In this document: positions 14,201 through 16,985 of the stretch, in pieces
Layout: each line of letters starts with the position of its first letter
Position numbering within the stretch: position 1 is the stretch's first letter
Assembly: GCA_043816185.1 (NCBI GenBank)
Contig: JBDRIG010000024.1
Location: 1 to 16,985 of the forward strand
Direction: 5' to 3'
Length of the DNA stretch: 16,985 bases
From: Elusimicrobiota bacterium
GTDB taxonomy: Bacteria > Elusimicrobiota > UBA8919
Position numbers and translations under genes: made by a program
Notes under the pieces: model-generated
Database searches by the model: none
Seen by the model: the letters and a program-made list of their open reading frames with translations, nothing else
Told to the model about the DNA's origin: nothing

Positions 14201-16509
14201 TTCTTAATAATTATTTTTTCACCGTCGTAAATCCCATATGCAGAAAGTTTTTCTGTAATTTTATCGATCGTCAGATTGGTAGATGCTATTTTAAACTTCA
14301 CGAAATTATCTATAGTTTTTCTACCATAAATTTTTATATCGCCCGCAATTGTTTTTTTTGTTATAGACGAATCTACTTGATTTACCTGTGGTTTCATTGG
14401 CAACAAACCTACCTTATCTACAGTAAACCTATCTGGTTGGTTAGATATAATAAATTCATCAAGATTTAGATTAAAATCAAATCCGTCCTTATCAACTTCA
14501 CCAGAAAGTCGCAAAGCTGTTTTTGACGCCTCTTGCTGTATTGCAATTTCAGTAATTATAATCTTTGATATATCTGTCTTAAAAGAAAATATGATTGAAC
14601 TATAGGCAATGTTTTTAAAAAGTTTGCCATCAGTTATTGATAATGTTCCACAAGGTTTTGGGTTTTTAATTTCGCCATCCCATTTTATATTACCCGTTAT
14701 ATAACCAGATATTATATCCTGTTCGACTCCAACAAAAGGTAAAATCAAATTGCTATTACATCTAGAAAAATTAAGATTTCCAGATGTCTCTTTTTCTTTT
14801 ATTTTTACTTCTCCTTTTAATCCATTCATTTTCAGATTCTTTACATAAATACCGCAAGTATCATAAAAAAAATTACCTGATACGGAGACTGTGCTTGCAT
14901 TTATTATTATATTGCCTGCCTGTCCGTCGGACAGATTGGATGAAAAAGATATTGCAATTTCAGGATTTTTAGAAAATCCATTTTTAAGATAGCCGTCTAT
15001 GTGTTTAATAAAACCGGAAACATTCTTTTCTAACTTTATTAAATGTTTGCCGCCTAACGAAGTAAGCATAGATATGTCGACGTTACTCGCTTTAAGATTA
15101 ATTTTAGTATATTTTCCAGAAAATAAAATTTTTGTTACATCGTATTTTATAACTCCACTTGTAATTTCTGATTTATTGCCTTCTATATTTAGAGCAAAAT
15201 CAGGGCCTACTGTTTTAACTGAACCTGCATCATTTTCCCATAAAATTTTCCCTGAAATATTTTTTGGTAATTTTCCCTTAAGAGTGAAATTATTTGTTTT
15301 TACATCTCCAGCAATTTTTGGGTTATCGAAACTCCCAGTTATTTTGGCATCAAGTGATATGGTTGACGAAACACAATCCGATTTTATTAAAATATCCTTG
15401 GTAACAAGAGATAGGTCGAGACTCGCTTGACAATCACTTACCTGCTGTCCGTTGGACTGGTCAAGCAGGTTGTTTTTCCATATTTTGCCAGTTAAATTTG
15501 CAGTACCTGAAAAAGCAGTTATTGTTGAATTAACAACACATTCATCGTTAAAAATCACCAAATTAGTTTCCATATTTTCTAATGGGATATTGTTTATTAG
15601 TTTGAAATTATTCTGATGTAAATTCACAATTAATTTTTTGTCTGGTAGTTCAAAAGAAGCATTGAACGAAAGAGGTTCTTTTGGCAAATACTGAATGATG
15701 GTATTTTGATTTGAATTTGGAAACAATTTTTCGGCAACTATTTTTAAATTGGATACATCGCCAGATATTTGTGAATTAATCTTAAAAAGATTTTCACAAA
15801 TTATATTAGAATTAATGTTCAAATTAACTTCTTCCGATTTTATGTCGCTTGAAAGATTGAAGTTGTCTACATAACCTTTAACATTAAAGGAACCTTTTAT
15901 TTTTTCCAGATTGTTAAAAGTTGCGTTCTCTATACTGCCCTTCAATTTTACTGATGTATCCTTGTTAATCATTCCGGCTATTTTTATGTGTGATGAAAAA
16001 TTATTCTTTTCTTTTACAGACATAACTGCTTCGAGTTTAACTGCATAATTATCGTTTTTACTAACCGCTTTAAAATCGATATTATTAATACTGAAAGTGC
16101 TGTTGTAAATAACTGTCCCATTAATTGCGAAAACTTTTGCAGGAAGTGCAATCGTTGCATATTTGCCAGATTTTTTTTTAAACAGATATTTTAACTCGTG
16201 AATATTTACTTGTGGGTTAATGAGGGTTATGTTTTCAATTGAACTAAATCCTTTACTTATTTTTCTAATATCGATTGAAATAATCGCTTTTTCACACTTA
16301 AGACCTTCAAACTGTACATTCTTCAACATTATTTTATTAAAAGATAATAAAAATAATTTTTCTACTTTTACGGGTTTTGATATAGCAATGGTAAGTTGTG
16401 ATTGCACGAAATGTTTCAGGGAGATTGTAAAGATGTTAAGCCATGCAAGAGAGTACGCACTAACGACTAATATTGTTAATATAAATAAAATTAAAATTAT
16501 TTTTTTCAT
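11203..16509 (-). CDS. tamB: Translocation and assembly module TamB-like protein (AsmA superfamily, C-terminal DUF490)
   Basis: 1768 aa. N-terminal TM anchor, then a long beta-rich body with repeated GxxxNPxxxG motifs (GSFDNPKIAG, GEIKNPKPCG, GNLKEPVI, GTINKPDVKG). C-terminal DUF490-like region (GKVEALRGELDYLGRNFTVKEAIFD...LQFGKSFT...ELELSYR...FFLEKYWRF). Confidence 0.85.
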   Translation of the reverse strand: MKKIILILFILTILVVSAYSLAWLNIFTISLKHFVQSQLTIAISKPVKVEKLFLLSFNKIMLKNVQFEGLKCEKAIISIDIRKISKGFSSIENITLINPQVNIHELKYLFKKKSGKYATIALPAKVFAINGTVIYNSTFSINNIDFKAVSKNDNYAVKLEAVMSVKEKNNFSSHIKIAGMINKDTSVKLKGSIENATFNNLEKIKGSFNVKGYVDNFNLSSDIKSEEVNLNINSNIICENLFKINSQISGDVSNLKIVAEKLFPNSNQNTIIQYLPKEPLSFNASFELPDKKLIVNLHQNNFKLINNIPLENMETNLVIFNDECVVNSTITAFSGTANLTGKIWKNNLLDQSNGQQVSDCQASLDLSLVTKDILIKSDCVSSTISLDAKITGSFDNPKIAGDVKTNNFTLKGKLPKNISGKILWENDAGSVKTVGPDFALNIEGNKSEITSGVIKYDVTKILFSGKYTKINLKASNVDISMLTSLGGKHLIKLEKNVSGFIKHIDGYLKNGFSKNPEIAISFSSNLSDGQAGNIIINASTVSVSGNFFYDTCGIYVKNLKMNGLKGEVKIKEKETSGNLNFSRCNSNLILPFVGVEQDIISGYITGNIKWDGEIKNPKPCGTLSITDGKLFKNIAYSSIIFSFKTDISKIIITEIAIQQEASKTALRLSGEVDKDGFDFNLNLDEFIISNQPDRFTVDKVGLLPMKPQVNQVDSSITKKTIAGDIKIYGRKTIDNFVKFKIASTNLTIDKITEKLSAYGIYDGEKIIIKKILWGDMVSGTASYLISSKYLSSDIDFKIESRNFNENLRGPFVGKIIILGDINNPQVFVTYRFDGEIYEKMANGYGKILINNSLLKVEKTKLTVDGAEVEISGVVDLRKKEFSGLNVLLCNLKTQTIYDLFSRCFAKTKHLTTIPIYQNCGGDDKEKECPPVSFVSAEDESTQINKTKSTSEYSLITEQVGALIPRISIQGSSITHTVSHAVPGIFQKVELNIFGEIKNPQIMVEFSGEKIALENKIVDSIEGKCFIKDKKIIFSKGDIKWSSTNIRILQDTYIDFKKKIVFKIISEIRNLKFPQITLFGNITADGMVDECLVKADISTTGLWVNQKQLRDLKYHIEYKNGIIQFIPETNKTTQITGTVDFSKLPDFFISNFSITEKSKRLFYLNGMLKNDNLDIVSEGENIILGDLLNLLGVKITAQGNTNFSLKATGNLKEPVITCTLNSNNGKIENLDFDLASVFFHLKENILELKGIKISKEKLYLLEGEGITPLPLNPDSRKKLLNYPINISLKVINGDLAILPSLTKSIKKAKGNFSTNINVKGTINKPDVKGTLVVKASEIQLCSIFKKLTDVKCEVDFLGEKILIKNLCALVGKEPLTLTGEAMFADDFNLTNFNFHLLTLGKSIPITINELQIKSSGVGKIIPIVSDITVLPNPSKAKVAVDIKFFGTQDSWSIDGYMKLSDARFTYPGEEDGDGDVDYGILKNATWNLRIIGGENCWYEKDFASVEAKGEILLHGKGSSPLVTGKVEALRGELDYLGRNFTVKEAIFDADKSDLYLSGMAECETEIERRREDLATRQMITEYIPETIILMIDRGPLDNVKPRFLSKTTPQTEEQLLIQAAMGLADTKQKQLFSAQEISKAVDTLLTTPFVKSLLKRTGFIDKFVIKRWASSTSLPSQVKQSVVDLYKGTKLQFGKSFTQGFSAGYGIKFDEFENKLSLKHELELSYRMKNGIILRTTQELGKDEFGERANKFFLEKYWRFGTGNEKKQN

Positions 16510-16635
16510 TTATTTACAATTCGTTCATAAAAAATGTAGACACGAATTCTATTTGTGTTTTTCCGCACGGTCGCAAACTACTAAATCACTACTTCTTCCC
16601 TTATCGGGAGTGAGGGAAAAGTTTCTGCAGAGCCT

Positions 16636-16651
16636 TCCCGATTTATCGGGA
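16636..16651. repeat. Short palindrome TCCCGATTTATCGGGA (REP-like), followed by a T9 run
   Basis: Perfect inverted repeat TCCCGAT/ATCGGGA. A related half copy (CCCTTATCGGGA) lies at ~16598-16609 and a relative lies inside tamB at 13753-13776. Confidence 0.65.
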
Positions 16652-16663
16652 CACCTTTTTTTT

Positions 16664-16787
16664 TAATCGCAGGAACGAGGGGGTTGTTGAGCAGGGCTTC
16701 TCGCAGGTCGGCATACGCATTCAGCCGACCGAGAGAGAGCGCTGCCTCGAGCAGATAGCGTCCCCTGCGAAGCAATTCCCGAGTGAC
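16664..16787. repeat. Structured GC-rich repeat element, copy A (REP/MITE-like or structured ncRNA)
   Basis: Starts TAATCGCAG..GAGGGGGTTG and ends GCGAAGCAATTCCCGA. Nested stems GGGGGTTGTT/AGCAATTCCC, GCAGGG/CCCTGC and GGTCGGC/GCCGACC. Confidence 0.75.
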
Positions 16788-16838
16788 ATTCGTTCCAGGA
16801 GCAAATTGCAGAGCGAGTATAAATTGTCTCTCACCTTA

Positions 16839-16980
16839 TAATCGCAGAGTGAGGGGGTTGCTGAGAGGAACCTCACGGAGCACCGCATACACTATTATTT
16901 TTCACCTTATGACTTTTAGCGGTGCGAGTGAGAGCCCGCCCTCAAAGGCGAGGCGTTTCCGCGAAGCAATTCCCGAACGC
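16839..16980. repeat. Structured GC-rich repeat element, copy B
   Basis: Same termini as copy A. Stems GGGGGTTGCT/AGCAATTCCC, CTCAC/GTGAG, GCACCGC/GCGGTGC and CGCC/GGCG. Confidence 0.75.
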
Positions 16981-16985
16981 CCTTT

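Noticed and set aside
9230..16179. Homopolymer tracts (A8 ~9230, T8 ~9330, C7 13746-13752, T9 16171-16179) as phase-variation switches
   Set aside because: They are short, A/T runs are expected in AT-rich DNA, frames are intact and there is no evidence of variation.
16545..16576. Sigma70 promoter for tamB (TTGCGA...TAGAAT on the minus strand)
   Set aside because: The 19-nt spacer and weak -35 are not supportable without TSS data.
16636..16664. Intrinsic terminator (hairpin plus T9)
   Set aside because: It is oriented for a plus-strand transcript with no credible plus-strand gene upstream, and the T-run is separated from the stem. Better explained as a palindromic repeat.
11477..16775. Short ORFs antisense to tamB, 16220-16666(+) and 16581-16775(-)
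   Set aside because: They are antisense shadows of tamB or read through the palindromic repeats, with no protein-like features.

Overview
AT-rich bacterial window (diderm; protein style and repeat families suggest an Elusimicrobiota-like lineage, inference only). It holds three co-oriented minus-strand genes. (1) A 1768-aa TamB-like (DUF490/AsmA-superfamily) envelope-bridge protein. (2) A stand-alone 254-aa MotA/PomA-family stator A subunit with no motB next to it; it keeps the three-threonine PomA-type ion filter but has altered rotor-contact residues. (3) A giant secreted protein missed by the ORF track: ATG at 10228, open for at least 3409 codons and running off the left edge. It has a signal peptide, two DUF2341+lectin-like modules, Fn3/Ig domains and at least 23 tandem ~95-100-aa Ig-like repeats. 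The second DUF2341-lectin module looks circularly permuted and is inserted into a loop of Ig repeat 15. tamB carries several in-frame relics of palindromic repeats. The GC-rich region upstream of tamB contains two diverged copies of a highly structured element with compensatory base changes. Short tandem repeats fill both intergenic spacers.
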